From Candidatus Thorarchaeota archaeon (GTDB lineage Archaea; Asgardarchaeota; Thorarchaeia; Thorarchaeales; Thorarchaeaceae): DNA of 64,000 nt. The first letter of the stretch is position 1. Each line of letters opens with the position of its first letter. Below the pieces are notes generated by a model. It saw only the letters and a program-made list of their open reading frames with translations, ran no database searches and was not told the DNA's origin. The stretch is taken from positions 21,993 to 85,992 of the forward strand of contig JBHLRC010000002.1 of NCBI GenBank assembly GCA_048882965.1, in the 5' to 3' direction. Shown piece by piece: positions 28,240 to 38,474 of this stretch. The translations under genes were made by a program, and so were the position numbers.

Positions 28240-29265
28240 TTGACCAAATATTTTGTCTATCTATCCGGTGAACAGACGAGCATAGCTAAAGCAGAGGTTG
28301 ATGTACTGTCCCAGCTATTGGGAATTGATGAACGCTATTATTGGGACGGACGGATTGGGTTGATTGATTCTCAAAAAAGTCCGGTTTCCTTTTTCATAAA
28401 TAGAGCTGCTTTGGTCAAAGAGACAGGTTTAGTAATTTCAGAAACTCATCCACAGGACCTTGCACTTGGAAATCTTTCTGATGAAATGCTAAAGGAACAT
28501 ATCAAGCCTAAAGAAACATTTTCAGTGAGGACCATCTCAGATAACAGTGATATCTCAGTCAGTGATCGGTTGAGTTTTGAGTCTAGCCTAGGCGCACGTA
28601 TCAAAAAGGTCGTTGGAGCTAAGGTGAACCTAGAGAGGCCTCAAGTACGTATTATTGTAATAATTTCTCAAGAAACTATCCGTATCTGCAAGTCGGTTGC
28701 TTCAAACTTACGTCCAATATTGAGAGAAAGAGAACCAGGCCAAAAGCAGTTCTTTCATCCCAGTATGATGAATGCCACTCTATCCAGAGTGATGTGTAAT
28801 CTTGTAGGTCTCATGCCAGATGAGATTTTGCTTGATCCGTTTTGTGGGGGTGGAGGCATTCTCTGCGAAGCAGCTCATATCGGCGCGAAAACAGTGGGTA
28901 TTGACTTGAATTGGCGGTTGTTGTCAGGAAGTAAAAAGAACCTTACCTTTACAGGTAGTGATTATTCCATCATTCAAGGGGATACTAGAAGTTTGCCGGT
29001 TCGAAGTTGTGATTGTATAGTAACCGATCCACCATACGGAAAGGCTAGCTCGACAAGGGGAGCCAATGCTGTTGAGCTTGTTGAGTCTCTTTTTAGTATA
29101 GCAAGTTCAATTCTTGCTCGGAGAGATGGGAGTATATGTATATGTGGGAGCAGTGAAATGAACATTCAAGATATAGCAGGCGACATTGGACTTATCGTTG
29201 AGCAGGTGCACCAAATCAAGGTTCATAGCGGTTTAATCAGGGAAGTACTAACTCTTGGAGTTTAG
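28240..29265 (+). CDS. THUMP-domain tRNA guanine-N2 methyltransferase (Trm-G10/Trm11 family)
   Basis: SAM motif DPFCGGGGIL, catalytic DPPYG and an N-terminal THUMP-like region. The TTG start at 28240 avoids a long overlap with the GPN gene. Confidence 0.65.
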   Translation: MTKYFVYLSGEQTSIAKAEVDVLSQLLGIDERYYWDGRIGLIDSQKSPVSFFINRAALVKETGLVISETHPQDLALGNLSDEMLKEHIKPKETFSVRTISDNSDISVSDRLSFESSLGARIKKVVGAKVNLERPQVRIIVIISQETIRICKSVASNLRPILREREPGQKQFFHPSMMNATLSRVMCNLVGLMPDEILLDPFCGGGGILCEAAHIGAKTVGIDLNWRLLSGSKKNLTFTGSDYSIIQGDTRSLPVRSCDCIVTDPPYGKASSTRGANAVELVESLFSIASSILARRDGSICICGSSEMNIQDIAGDIGLIVEQVHQIKVHSGLIREVLTLGV

Positions 29266-29681
29266 TGATTGATGATTTTCCCGTCTTTTGTTGGGGGAGT
29301 AAACCAGTTAACAAACTCCTCATATTCTTGTTCTGAATCAAACACAGCGACCATCTCGATACTACCTAAAGGTGGAAGTTCCTGATTGTCATCAATGATT
29401 CGTAATTTCTTTGCAAAGGCAGCCTGTTTATCAAAATGGAGTGATGTTGATGTTCCATTCCAATTTGCTTCTAATCGCCTTCTGGCTGCATCTATGATCC
29501 TTGTTTCGTGGATTGTCTGACGAACAAGGCTGATCGAGTCCCGATTCGTGTAGGTCACTACAATTTCGGATTTATTATCATCAGTTGAAAAATCTGTTCT
29601 ACCCAGAAGATTCTCAATGGCATTTCCAACCTTCTTGGCGTCCTCTGTGGGATTCACTGGACATGTGATAAGGACTTCCAT
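29262..29681 (-). CDS. UPF0201 family protein (COG1931, predicted RNA-binding)
   Basis: MEVLITCPVNPTEDAKKV N-terminus typical of UPF0201, paired with a UPF0200 gene as in many archaea. Confidence 0.6.
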   Translation of the reverse strand: MEVLITCPVNPTEDAKKVGNAIENLLGRTDFSTDDNKSEIVVTYTNRDSISLVRQTIHETRIIDAARRRLEANWNGTSTSLHFDKQAAFAKKLRIIDDNQELPPLGSIEMVAVFDSEQEYEEFVNWFTPPTKDGKIINH

Positions 29682-29682
29682 C

Positions 29683-30231
29683 TCAAGTCAGCCTCTTCAC
29701 TAGTTCCTTAGACTGCTCTTGGAATTCAGTAAGAGTGCCTTCATTTACAATCATTATATCGCTTAGCGCAATTACCCCTCCTAGACCCACTAAAATCTCT
29801 CGGATATCCCGTTCTCTAAAAACCTCCCAACTTGGAGGGGCATCTTCACGATTTCGTTCAACCAGTCGTTTGTACCGTTCTTTTGGAGACGTATGAACAC
29901 AGACAATTGTAACAGAGTCAGCGCACCCATCAAAGACTTCGACTTCAGCGATACTTCTACATCCTTCAATTACAACAAAATCGGAACCTGATGCTTTCAG
30001 CTCCTCTATACAGAATTGTGCTACTGCCCCAGGACCTTTCTTTTCCCGGAGTTCCAACATGACCTTCTTTGTATTCTCGGGATTAGGGTCAAGACCACGT
30101 CTGCGGGTTTCATTACGTATCACATCTCCCATCACAATGACTGGTATACCTACATCATGAAATGTTTGAGCTATACCACTTTTTCCTGCACCCGGCATAC
30201 CAGTAACAATCACCAGTTTCATTGTTCCCAC
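29683..30231 (-). CDS. UPF0200 P-loop nucleotide kinase-like protein
   Basis: KLVIVTGMPGAGKSG P-loop, RERDIREILVGLGGVIALSDIMIVNEG C-terminal signature. Confidence 0.65.
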   Translation of the reverse strand: MGTMKLVIVTGMPGAGKSGIAQTFHDVGIPVIVMGDVIRNETRRRGLDPNPENTKKVMLELREKKGPGAVAQFCIEELKASGSDFVVIEGCRSIAEVEVFDGCADSVTIVCVHTSPKERYKRLVERNREDAPPSWEVFRERDIREILVGLGGVIALSDIMIVNEGTLTEFQEQSKELVKRLT

Positions 30232-30334
30232 CAGAAACCTCTTCCCTTCGTCTTATGATAGCCCTTTAAGAATTCCCTTGAACCAACAGCGTCAGTGTAA
30301 TATTGTGGATTTGACATAATCAATATCAAAGGAA

Positions 30335-30910
30335 GTGTCTAATGTGAATGCTGATGTCAGAGCTTTCCTGAGTATAGAGATTGAAGACCAAACATTATTG
30401 TCGCGAATCAAAGATATTCAGCAGAAATTGGATCAGACCGCCGCCAAGATGAAGATAGTCAAAAGCGAAAATATACATTATACTGTGCGTTTCTTTGGCG
30501 ATACTCCATTAACAAAGCTAGACCAAATCAAGATGTGTCTTGACAAGATTGACTTTAGTCAATTTGAAATTGAAGTTGGAGGGATTGGAGCATTTCCAAA
30601 CAGACGACGACCCAGAATCATTTGGGTCGGAGTGACTAATAATGCATCTAAAGTTGTGCAAATCAAGAGTGAAATTGATTCTTCGTTGGTAGATATTGGC
30701 TATCAACCTGAGAAGAGAAAATACACCCCTCATGCGACTATTGCACGAGTTCGGTATGTCAAGGATTCAAGACGTATTGCAGACAACTTGGAGCACCTAA
30801 CCGATGAAGCGATAGGGAAAATGATTGTCGCAAAGATTACAATGATGAAAAGCACCCTCACTCCGTCAGGTCCGATATATGAATCTCTCTGGAAAATTGG
30901 AAGCATATGA
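30335..30910 (+). CDS. thpR: RNA 2',3'-cyclic phosphodiesterase (2H family, ThpR/LigT)
   Basis: Two HxT motifs: HYTVRF and HATIAR. Confidence 0.8.
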   Translation: MSNVNADVRAFLSIEIEDQTLLSRIKDIQQKLDQTAAKMKIVKSENIHYTVRFFGDTPLTKLDQIKMCLDKIDFSQFEIEVGGIGAFPNRRRPRIIWVGVTNNASKVVQIKSEIDSSLVDIGYQPEKRKYTPHATIARVRYVKDSRRIADNLEHLTDEAIGKMIVAKITMMKSTLTPSGPIYESLWKIGSI

Positions 30911-30919
30911 TGAGTGAAA

Positions 30920-31057
30920 TGGTGGGCCGGGGGAGACATGTTCCGACTGGGAAAATCCCATGTCGTTTGAACTCCCGATCTCTTGCATTCTGTGACTTGA
31001 GACGTGAATTCCTCAGTCGCCCCAAGCAAGAATCATACCAAGCTAGACTACCGACCC
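30920..31057 (-). tRNA. tRNA-Pro (anticodon GGG) with two introns: canonical 37/38 (about 32 nt) and T-loop (about 29 nt)
   Basis: In the reverse complement, acceptor GGGTCGG pairs with CCGGCCC, followed by ACCA. Anticodon stem CTTGC..GCAAG is interrupted after TTGGGG. T-stem GGGAG plus TTCAAA(C/T) is separated from CTCCC by a 29-nt hairpin insert (GACATG..CATGTC). Total 138 nt, against about 77 nt mature. Confidence 0.75.
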
Positions 31058-31258
31058 TTGTTACATGAAACTCGGGATGTGTTCATGACTGCAGTTGTCG
31101 TGTGGTGTATTGAAGATAAACATTGCCACTCGGTGAAGCCCTCTTGGTTCTTTAGAACATGTGTTCCAATTATTTTCTGAAATTGTATCAAAGATTCAGA
31201 CTTATCAGTATCTTCACCATTCTAATCAGGACCATAGTGAAACGGAGAATGACTGGAA

Positions 31259-32308
31259 ATGGTCACTGACTTAGTATACCATGATATCTTTGTTGAACAT
31301 GTGATGTCTCGTAGTCATCCTGAGAGCCCAGAACGACTGAGAAGTGCAATGAGTTCAATCAAAGCCGCAGGTCTGTTGGACGGACAAAAAGTGAATCTAT
31401 TGATCCCAACGAGAGCTCCTCTGGACGAAGTACATCTAATCCATGGCAGGGCGTATCTTGAAGGGATTAAAGAGAAGTCAGAAAGGGGAGGCGGAATCTA
31501 CACTATGGACACATCTGTCAATTCATACACATATGATGCTGCCCTCTTTGCCGCAGGGGGAGGAATTAACGCAGTTGACAGAATCATGCAAGGGGAATCT
31601 GAGGATGCGTTTGTGTTGTGTAGACCTCCTGGTCATCATGCAGAATACGAACGAGCATTTGGTTTCTGTTTTATTAATAATATAGCAGTAGCGGCTAAAC
31701 ATCTAGTGGAAAAAAATAATGTAGAACGCGTGATGATCGTAGATTATGATGCACATCATGGAAATGGGACACAACGAAGTTTCTATTCCTCAAAGGATGT
31801 GCTCTATATAGGATTACATCAAGATGGAAGGACACTTTTCCCTGGTTCGGGATTTGTGGACGAAACAGGGACGGGCGAGGGTGAGGGTTATACTGTCAAT
31901 TTGGCAATGTACCCCGGTGCAGGTGATTTGTCCTATTCTAATGCATTTTCAAAAGTACTAGAGCCTATTGCTGAGTCATATGATCCAGATTTCATACTGG
32001 TTTCTGTGGGTTATGACAGCCATTTCATGGACCCTTTAACAAACCTCGGACTTACCACATCGGGATTTGCCATGATGAATTCTAGACTGAAACAGATGGC
32101 TAAGACATATTCGGATGGAAGAGTGGCATGCTTTCTTGAGGGGGGTTACAATCTCGAAGTTATGGGAATGTGCTCATTGAATCTTCTTGAAGAATTATCG
32201 GGAGGTCATGTCACAATTTTTGATGACATGTACAAAGAGAGTGATACAGCTAGTCAGTACACGGAGAAGTTGATTGAAAGAATAATTGATGATTCTCCTC
32301 TGTTGTAA
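31259..32308 (+). CDS. Histone deacetylase-family amidohydrolase (AcuC/HDAC-like)
   Basis: RPPGHHA, DYDAHHGNGTQ and GYD..DPL motifs. Confidence 0.85.
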   Translation: MVTDLVYHDIFVEHVMSRSHPESPERLRSAMSSIKAAGLLDGQKVNLLIPTRAPLDEVHLIHGRAYLEGIKEKSERGGGIYTMDTSVNSYTYDAALFAAGGGINAVDRIMQGESEDAFVLCRPPGHHAEYERAFGFCFINNIAVAAKHLVEKNNVERVMIVDYDAHHGNGTQRSFYSSKDVLYIGLHQDGRTLFPGSGFVDETGTGEGEGYTVNLAMYPGAGDLSYSNAFSKVLEPIAESYDPDFILVSVGYDSHFMDPLTNLGLTTSGFAMMNSRLKQMAKTYSDGRVACFLEGGYNLEVMGMCSLNLLEELSGGHVTIFDDMYKESDTASQYTEKLIERIIDDSPLL

Positions 32309-32310
32309 AC

Positions 32311-34554
32311 CTATACACCGAAGTCCTCCAACAATGTTTGCATTGAGTCAATATCATCGTCATCATCAAAGTGTTCGGTATCATTTAGAGCTATTTTTGT
32401 ATCAATGCCCAACTGTTTCTTGATTGATTGTGCGATAGATGTACCAATGGTTGGAATCCTTCCTAGTTCTTCCACTGGGACTTTGTATAAGTCAGGTAAA
32501 TTCACGAGATTATGGTTGTGTAATATTCTACCTCTTACTCGTCCAACCCCCTTGAGACTTACAAGTTCCAAAATATCTGACCTTACTCCATAGCGAAGAC
32601 GTGACCTAAGATTATGAAGAAATGGACTGTGACTGGTCGAATTGGTAATTCTGGAAATCTCAGACGCTGCATATGTCAACCATTCTGCTGATTGTACAAA
32701 TCGATGAACATCACCCATGCCAACGTTGTATCTCTCAGTGATATCCTTCTCTGTTTTCTCAGAGATCCAGTCCTGGAGCAAAGCTGCTGTTTTTATTTGC
32801 GCCAGAAAATCTGCATAAGCACGAGGATTCTCCTCTATTGGGGGTTCAACCATGAGTTCGTCAAGAGAGTCTTCGAGAGCTATCTCATACTCCTCAACCT
32901 CAGAACTTGTGACATATGTCACTGGTTGATCCGGTGAGTGACAAATCAAATGAAGAATACCAATTATGGTATGACTCTTTGTTTTTGATAGGACATCACG
33001 AAAGAGGATAGCTGTGTAAGGGTCAATGTATAGTTGGGATGCTCTCCTACCTAGTGGAGTAGCTGTGTAGTGACCATCAGAACTTGTTTCTATAAGATCT
33101 CCTTCTTCAAGAAAACCTAGAGCTGAGGATACATGTTGATTGATCTCCCATTGATCAAACTGATGTGAGAAGAATGTCCCTGCGATTAGCAGGTCAATCT
33201 CCTCACGATCTCTAGTCATTTCAGCTGCTATTGAAGCTAGAAGATGTGTACGGACAGCACGCGGTGATGCTAATTTGGAAGTGATTTCTTCAGGCTCAGA
33301 AAGCGTATAGTTATCGATAAGAAAATCATGTTCTGGTTCTGTCCGTGCGATGAGAACTGCCTCTCCATATTTGTCATATTTTGGTCTACCTGCTCGACCA
33401 GCCATTTGTTTGTATTCGAGAACTGGGATTGGATAGCTTCCACGTTCTGGTTCATAGCGTCTGTAATCACGAATAATTACACGTCTAGAGGGAAGATTCA
33501 CACCTGCTGCTAATGTTGGAGTCGCAATAATCACTTTCAATAGATTTTCCTTGAAGTAGTCCTCAACAAGAGTCCGTTCTTGATTATCAAGACCTGCATG
33601 ATGAAAAGCGGCGCCATTTGCAATCAGTCGAGCTAGAATTTTGGAAGCTTCAGGTGCAGAAGGAGTCTTTCCAATCTTAGTAGCACCTTTTGCAAGTTGG
33701 TGCATAGTATCATCGGAGATATATCTACGCAGAAAGGGAGCAATCTTTTTTGCAACGGCGACTGTTGATCGACGACTTGACACAAAGACAAGGACTTGGC
33801 CGTCTTCATCAAGAGTGTCACAAACTACATCCGCTAGTTCATCCTTCCGTGTTCTCTTGATTCGCCTATGTTTGCTTTTCCCATCACTATAGAAATTAAT
33901 CCTTCCATCTAAATAGACACCCTCGCTTAACGGCACCGGTCTCCAGGTGTCCTTTACAAGTTCAGCATCAAGCCACTCAGCAATCTGATTAGCATTGGAG
34001 ATTGTCGCACTTAGAGCAACAACTTGAATGTCTTTTTTGATTTGGGTGAGTTTTGCTAGTACCATCTCAAGTGTAGGGCCTCTTTTGGAATCATTAATGA
34101 GATGGATTTCATCAGCAACAACAATTCCAACATCATTGATCCATTCAGCTCTGTGACGGACCAACGAGTCAGCTCGTTCAGTAGTTACGATTATGATGTC
34201 AGCATCATGTAGGCTTCGTCCTGGAGAGTCATAGTCACCAACTGACATGGAGGTGGTGATACCCAAAGACTCGTAATTCTTGAATTCTGTATACTTTTCG
34301 CGGGCTAGTGATTTTAGCGGAACAAGATAGAGTGCCTTACCTCGACCATCAAGGATTGTTTTTAGCATACAAATCTCTGCTACCAATGTTTTACCTGAAC
34401 TGGTAGGTATCGCAAGAACCAAGTTCTTTCCATCGAGAACACCTGTTTTGAATGCACTAATCTGTGGTGGAAAAAGATCTGATATTCCCTGAGACTGGAG
34501 ATGCATGATTATTCGTTTGTTGATGTCCAGCTCTTTCAGTCGAATATTGTTCAT
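32311..34554 (-). CDS. hel308: Ski2-like DNA helicase Hel308/Hjm
   Basis: Motif I PTSSGKT, motif II DEIH, SAT, a winged-helix/ratchet region and a C-terminal HhH (LKGVGRVRGR). Confidence 0.85.
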   Translation of the reverse strand: MNNIRLKELDINKRIIMHLQSQGISDLFPPQISAFKTGVLDGKNLVLAIPTSSGKTLVAEICMLKTILDGRGKALYLVPLKSLAREKYTEFKNYESLGITTSMSVGDYDSPGRSLHDADIIIVTTERADSLVRHRAEWINDVGIVVADEIHLINDSKRGPTLEMVLAKLTQIKKDIQVVALSATISNANQIAEWLDAELVKDTWRPVPLSEGVYLDGRINFYSDGKSKHRRIKRTRKDELADVVCDTLDEDGQVLVFVSSRRSTVAVAKKIAPFLRRYISDDTMHQLAKGATKIGKTPSAPEASKILARLIANGAAFHHAGLDNQERTLVEDYFKENLLKVIIATPTLAAGVNLPSRRVIIRDYRRYEPERGSYPIPVLEYKQMAGRAGRPKYDKYGEAVLIARTEPEHDFLIDNYTLSEPEEITSKLASPRAVRTHLLASIAAEMTRDREEIDLLIAGTFFSHQFDQWEINQHVSSALGFLEEGDLIETSSDGHYTATPLGRRASQLYIDPYTAILFRDVLSKTKSHTIIGILHLICHSPDQPVTYVTSSEVEEYEIALEDSLDELMVEPPIEENPRAYADFLAQIKTAALLQDWISEKTEKDITERYNVGMGDVHRFVQSAEWLTYAASEISRITNSTSHSPFLHNLRSRLRYGVRSDILELVSLKGVGRVRGRILHNHNLVNLPDLYKVPVEELGRIPTIGTSIAQSIKKQLGIDTKIALNDTEHFDDDDDIDSMQTLLEDFGV

Positions 34555-34588
34555 CTCCGCAGTATACTAATGATATGGATTGATACAT

Positions 34589-36655
34589 CTAGCTCTGAGA
34601 GTGTCTGATTTTGCCTTCTCGAGGACTGTATAGTATTCCTTCAGCAAGGAGTTTCTCGATAACCTCTTCAGCGCGTTCACGAGGAAGTCCCATTGATACA
34701 GCACGTTGAATTAGTGCATCTCTGTTCACTGTTGATGTTCCTTCAGACTCCATATCACGGATAGCTTTAATGATGATATCTGAGGAACTTCGTTGTGATG
34801 CACTCATCTTAGAAACAAGACGATCAATATCGATTTTTCCAGTTATCCTATCAAGCGCTACCATCCGCAAGGACTCTTCCATAAGTCGGATAGCAGCTTG
34901 CGCGTCTTCTTTACTGACTTTTGACCTTAATGCCATTCGGGCTCTTGCCTCTGATAAACGAACAAGTGATTCTAGTTGACGTGCTGTGATTGGAACTGGA
35001 GAAGCACCTCCCTCAGCACTCTTTCTTAGGTCTACATAGAAATTCTCAATCACTTCTGCAGCTTCTGGAGTTAGTTGAGGAATGACATAGCGATTCGAAT
35101 ATCCAATGTATTTTTTCAGGAAGTCGGGGGGAATTGTGGGAGTTGCAGTCTGTCCCTGTGACTTCTTCATTTGATGCATGTCAAGAATGAATTGTGCGAG
35201 CTCACGGTCTCTTGTTGCCTCTGGAGTGTCAACTAAAATCCAAATCAAATCAAATCTTGATAGGATTGTAAACGGTAATCGGATATTGTCTTGAACAGAT
35301 AGTGATGATTCGTAACGGCCCAATGTGGGATTTGCAGCTGCAAGGATTGATGTCCTTGCATTCAATGTAGCAACAATCCCAGCCTTTGCAATACTGACTG
35401 TATGCTGTTCCATAGCCTCATGGATAGCAGTTCGATCGTTAGGGTCCATTTTATCAAACTCATCTATGCATGCGATTCCTTGGTCAGACAAGACTAGAGC
35501 TCCAGCCTCTAGGGTCATTGCACCGGATTCGGTATCATGAACGACAGCTGCTGTAAGTCCAGCTGCTGTGGTCCCTTTGCCAGAAGTGTAGAGTCCTCTT
35601 GCAGCTAGACCAGCTACAAACTTGAGAATCTGGCTTTTTCCTGTTCCAGGATCCCCAATCATCAATATGTTGGATTTTCCCCTGAGTCGTGTTCCATCAG
35701 GGAGTGTCTTCCCGACACCGCCGAAAAGCAGGAGTGCAATAGACTCTTTGATGCTCTCATGACCCTGAATAGATGGAGCAATGGAAGCATGAATTCGTTC
35801 GTGGACATATTGGTCCTCAGCTAGCTCCTTTATCGCTTTTTCATCTTCTTCGGAAATCTCAAGCTGTTCATACTCTTTCTCGGATATTTCTACTCCATTC
35901 GCTTCAATAAACACATTGAATGTTGCTAGCTTTCCACCTCTGCGAGAGAAATCAGGAGACGTTTGAAGAGTTCCGGTTACTTTGACCAATTCACCTGGTC
36001 TAGATATGTCGACGATGTCACCCTCTAGAATTACATCAACTGACCGTGGCATTTGACCTGGTGGTAGTTCTTCTGGTGATTCTTGGATTCTTACCTTTTG
36101 CCAGTCTCTGAACTGAGATTTTTGTGGAATCAAACGCACAGGGGTTTTCTTAGTACAAACTGGACACAATGCAGGTTCTGTATATCTTCCTTCTTCTTGG
36201 ATTTGTGGTATTTCTGTCTGACAAATTCTACAGCGAAACATAGCTTGAACTAGAAGAGGCTTTACAACACTAGCTCTCATCATTATGCCACTGATATGTA
36301 TCAGCTTCCCAATATGTCGTGATCGGAGTGCACGTAATGCAATGTGTTCAGGATAGTTTACAAAACGTGTCTTCATAATACTAGTATCAACACTGTTGAC
36401 ATAATCCGGGTCTTCAACGCGGAGTACTGAAACTAATGCATTATCTGCCATTTCCAGAAATTTCTGAGGATCTTCGGCTGCCAAAGCCATAAACACATTA
36501 TCGAAGCTTGTTAAGTCCTGGAAATCTATGGTGAGAGACACTTCATCATTGATCGACATCTGTTGAATTCTTGACCAATATGCGAGAGTCCCTTGTTCAT
36601 CTTTGTATGTTCTTAGGAACTCCTCAAATCTTTCTTGTTCGTCATACTCAGACAT
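34589..36655 (-). CDS. mcm: Minichromosome maintenance helicase MCM
   Basis: Zinc motif CRICQ..CPVC, Walker A GDPGTGKS, Walker B CIDEFDKM, arginine finger SRFDL. 688 aa with no intein-sized insert. Confidence 0.95.
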   Translation of the reverse strand: MSEYDEQERFEEFLRTYKDEQGTLAYWSRIQQMSINDEVSLTIDFQDLTSFDNVFMALAAEDPQKFLEMADNALVSVLRVEDPDYVNSVDTSIMKTRFVNYPEHIALRALRSRHIGKLIHISGIMMRASVVKPLLVQAMFRCRICQTEIPQIQEEGRYTEPALCPVCTKKTPVRLIPQKSQFRDWQKVRIQESPEELPPGQMPRSVDVILEGDIVDISRPGELVKVTGTLQTSPDFSRRGGKLATFNVFIEANGVEISEKEYEQLEISEEDEKAIKELAEDQYVHERIHASIAPSIQGHESIKESIALLLFGGVGKTLPDGTRLRGKSNILMIGDPGTGKSQILKFVAGLAARGLYTSGKGTTAAGLTAAVVHDTESGAMTLEAGALVLSDQGIACIDEFDKMDPNDRTAIHEAMEQHTVSIAKAGIVATLNARTSILAAANPTLGRYESSLSVQDNIRLPFTILSRFDLIWILVDTPEATRDRELAQFILDMHQMKKSQGQTATPTIPPDFLKKYIGYSNRYVIPQLTPEAAEVIENFYVDLRKSAEGGASPVPITARQLESLVRLSEARARMALRSKVSKEDAQAAIRLMEESLRMVALDRITGKIDIDRLVSKMSASQRSSSDIIIKAIRDMESEGTSTVNRDALIQRAVSMGLPRERAEEVIEKLLAEGILYSPREGKIRHSQS

Positions 36656-36759
36656 CTTTACTAGCCTCGATACAGTCGTTATTCTGGGCCATAATCATTG
36701 GTCGACTTTCAACTTCTTGTTCTTCTTGTTTTGTATTTAAGGGCACTATTACTCATTGC

Positions 36760-37329
36760 TTACTCCAAAATGTTTTGGCGCCATCCAGAGAGTAAATCAA
36801 TCAGCTCTTCACAAAGCCACCGTTCTTCATAAGCCATCTGTTTTCGTTTCTCCTGATATGCGCCGGATTTAGCTACACGAAGAATCTTAGACAGCCGAGT
36901 TTCAACCAGAAATGGAACCATATGTTGTAGTTTTTCAATCTCATCGTATCTTCTGGGGTCTATTGATGTTCTATCACTTTGCAGTCGAAGTACTTTCCTA
37001 CTGAGTGCTGTATAGAGAAATGGTTGAAATGTCTGAAGCTTGTGAGGTTGTTTTTCTTCAGCTCTGTAAAGATTCTGGAGTCTTCTTAGTGAGTCGTATG
37101 CATCTTCGGGTGCAATATCCACTATGTCTTGTTTCAAGAGCTGTTCGATCATCCAATTTGGTAGACTGGTTTGGTCTCCTTTTTTAAAAGGACCCATTTT
37201 GCTTCCGCCTACAATAATTTCAGGAAGGGGTTTTTGAAAGATGCATTCTCGAGTTTCATTCAGAAATAACATCTCAAACCGGTGCATCTCATCTTTTGCT
37301 TCACTACATAGCTTCATGAAATCCCACAC
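36760..37329 (-). CDS. GINS complex subunit (Gins51/Gins15-like)
   Basis: About 189-aa helical protein immediately upstream of mcm on the same strand, with an A/B-domain pattern similar to archaeal Gins51. Assigned from context and pattern. Confidence 0.5.
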   Translation of the reverse strand: MWDFMKLCSEAKDEMHRFEMLFLNETRECIFQKPLPEIIVGGSKMGPFKKGDQTSLPNWMIEQLLKQDIVDIAPEDAYDSLRRLQNLYRAEEKQPHKLQTFQPFLYTALSRKVLRLQSDRTSIDPRRYDEIEKLQHMVPFLVETRLSKILRVAKSGAYQEKRKQMAYEERWLCEELIDLLSGWRQNILE

Positions 37330-37514
37330 ATCAATCTAGATTGGCTGAGATAAAGCCCTTGCTCTATGGTAGCGAGTCAGAGTGATTAATCCTACGTTTC
37401 ATTCATCTTGAGTATCAGTCTTGCCAGAGAATCTTTTAAGGCATCGAGAAGACTCGTAATTGAATCAGGCTGAAATGATAGACGTTCATGTCTTGATATG
37501 GATGGGAACCAAAG

Positions 37515-38474
37515 ATGGAGCTTGACTTGTGGACTGAGAAATATCGACCTCCCACATTAGGTGAGATTATTGGACAGGAATCTTTGATTGAGAGTCTCAA
37601 AAAGTTTGTAGAAACTAGAGCTGTGCCTCACTGTCTATTTGCAGGACCACCGGGAACCAGTAAAACTACTGCAGCAACTGCAATGGCTAGGGACCTCTTT
37701 GGGGACTCATTTGAAAGGAACTTCATGGAGCTTAATGCTAGCGACGAAAGAGGAATTGATGTCGTAAGAAATCAGATTAAGAACTTTGCAAGAACTATAC
37801 CATCAGGTAACGCACCATTCAAGATACTTGTTCTTGATGAAGCAGACCATCTCACGGCAGATGCTCAACATGCCTTAAGGCGTACTATGGAGTCCTACGC
37901 AGCATCCTGTCGGATGATATTGATCTGTAATTATTCCAGTAGGATTATTCCACCTATTCAATCAAGATGTGCGATATTCCGTTTTTCGCGACTCAGTGAT
38001 GATAATATTTCAAGCAGACTGAAGTATATCGCCAAGAAAGAAGGTGTTAGTCTGCTTGCTACTGGAACTGAAGCAATTCTGTATCTTGCTGAGGGTGATA
38101 TGAGAGCTGCCATCAACCTTCTTCAAGCATCAGCCTCAACAGGTCAAAAAATAACCGATGAGATAGTTTACTCAATCGCTGGGAAAGCAAATCCTGAAGC
38201 AGTTAGGAAGATGCTTGTAGATGCCCAAGGTGGAAAATACATAGAATCACTTGAGAGTCTCAGAAACTTGATGTATCAGCAAGGTGTTTCACCTGTAGAT
38301 TTAGTGAAACAATTACATCGTGAGATTGAAGGTCTTGAACTTGACAATAGAAAACGAATGGATATTCTAGACCAAACTGCTGAAATCGAGTTCCGAGTAG
38401 GGGAAGGAGCCAATGGTGAGATACAACTCTCATCCTTACTTGCACGTCTAGGATTGGATAGTGGTTCTGAATGA
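37515..38474 (+). CDS. rfcS: Replication factor C small subunit
   Basis: WTEKYRP, GPPGTSKTT, DEAD, SRC motifs. Confidence 0.95.
   Translation: MELDLWTEKYRPPTLGEIIGQESLIESLKKFVETRAVPHCLFAGPPGTSKTTAATAMARDLFGDSFERNFMELNASDERGIDVVRNQIKNFARTIPSGNAPFKILVLDEADHLTADAQHALRRTMESYAASCRMILICNYSSRIIPPIQSRCAIFRFSRLSDDNISSRLKYIAKKEGVSLLATGTEAILYLAEGDMRAAINLLQASASTGQKITDEIVYSIAGKANPEAVRKMLVDAQGGKYIESLESLRNLMYQQGVSPVDLVKQLHREIEGLELDNRKRMDILDQTAEIEFRVGEGANGEIQLSSLLARLGLDSGSE

Noticed and set aside
30730-31029. 99-aa ORF on the minus strand
   Set aside because: It overlaps the 3' end of thpR antisense and most of the intron-containing tRNA-Pro, so it is an artefact.
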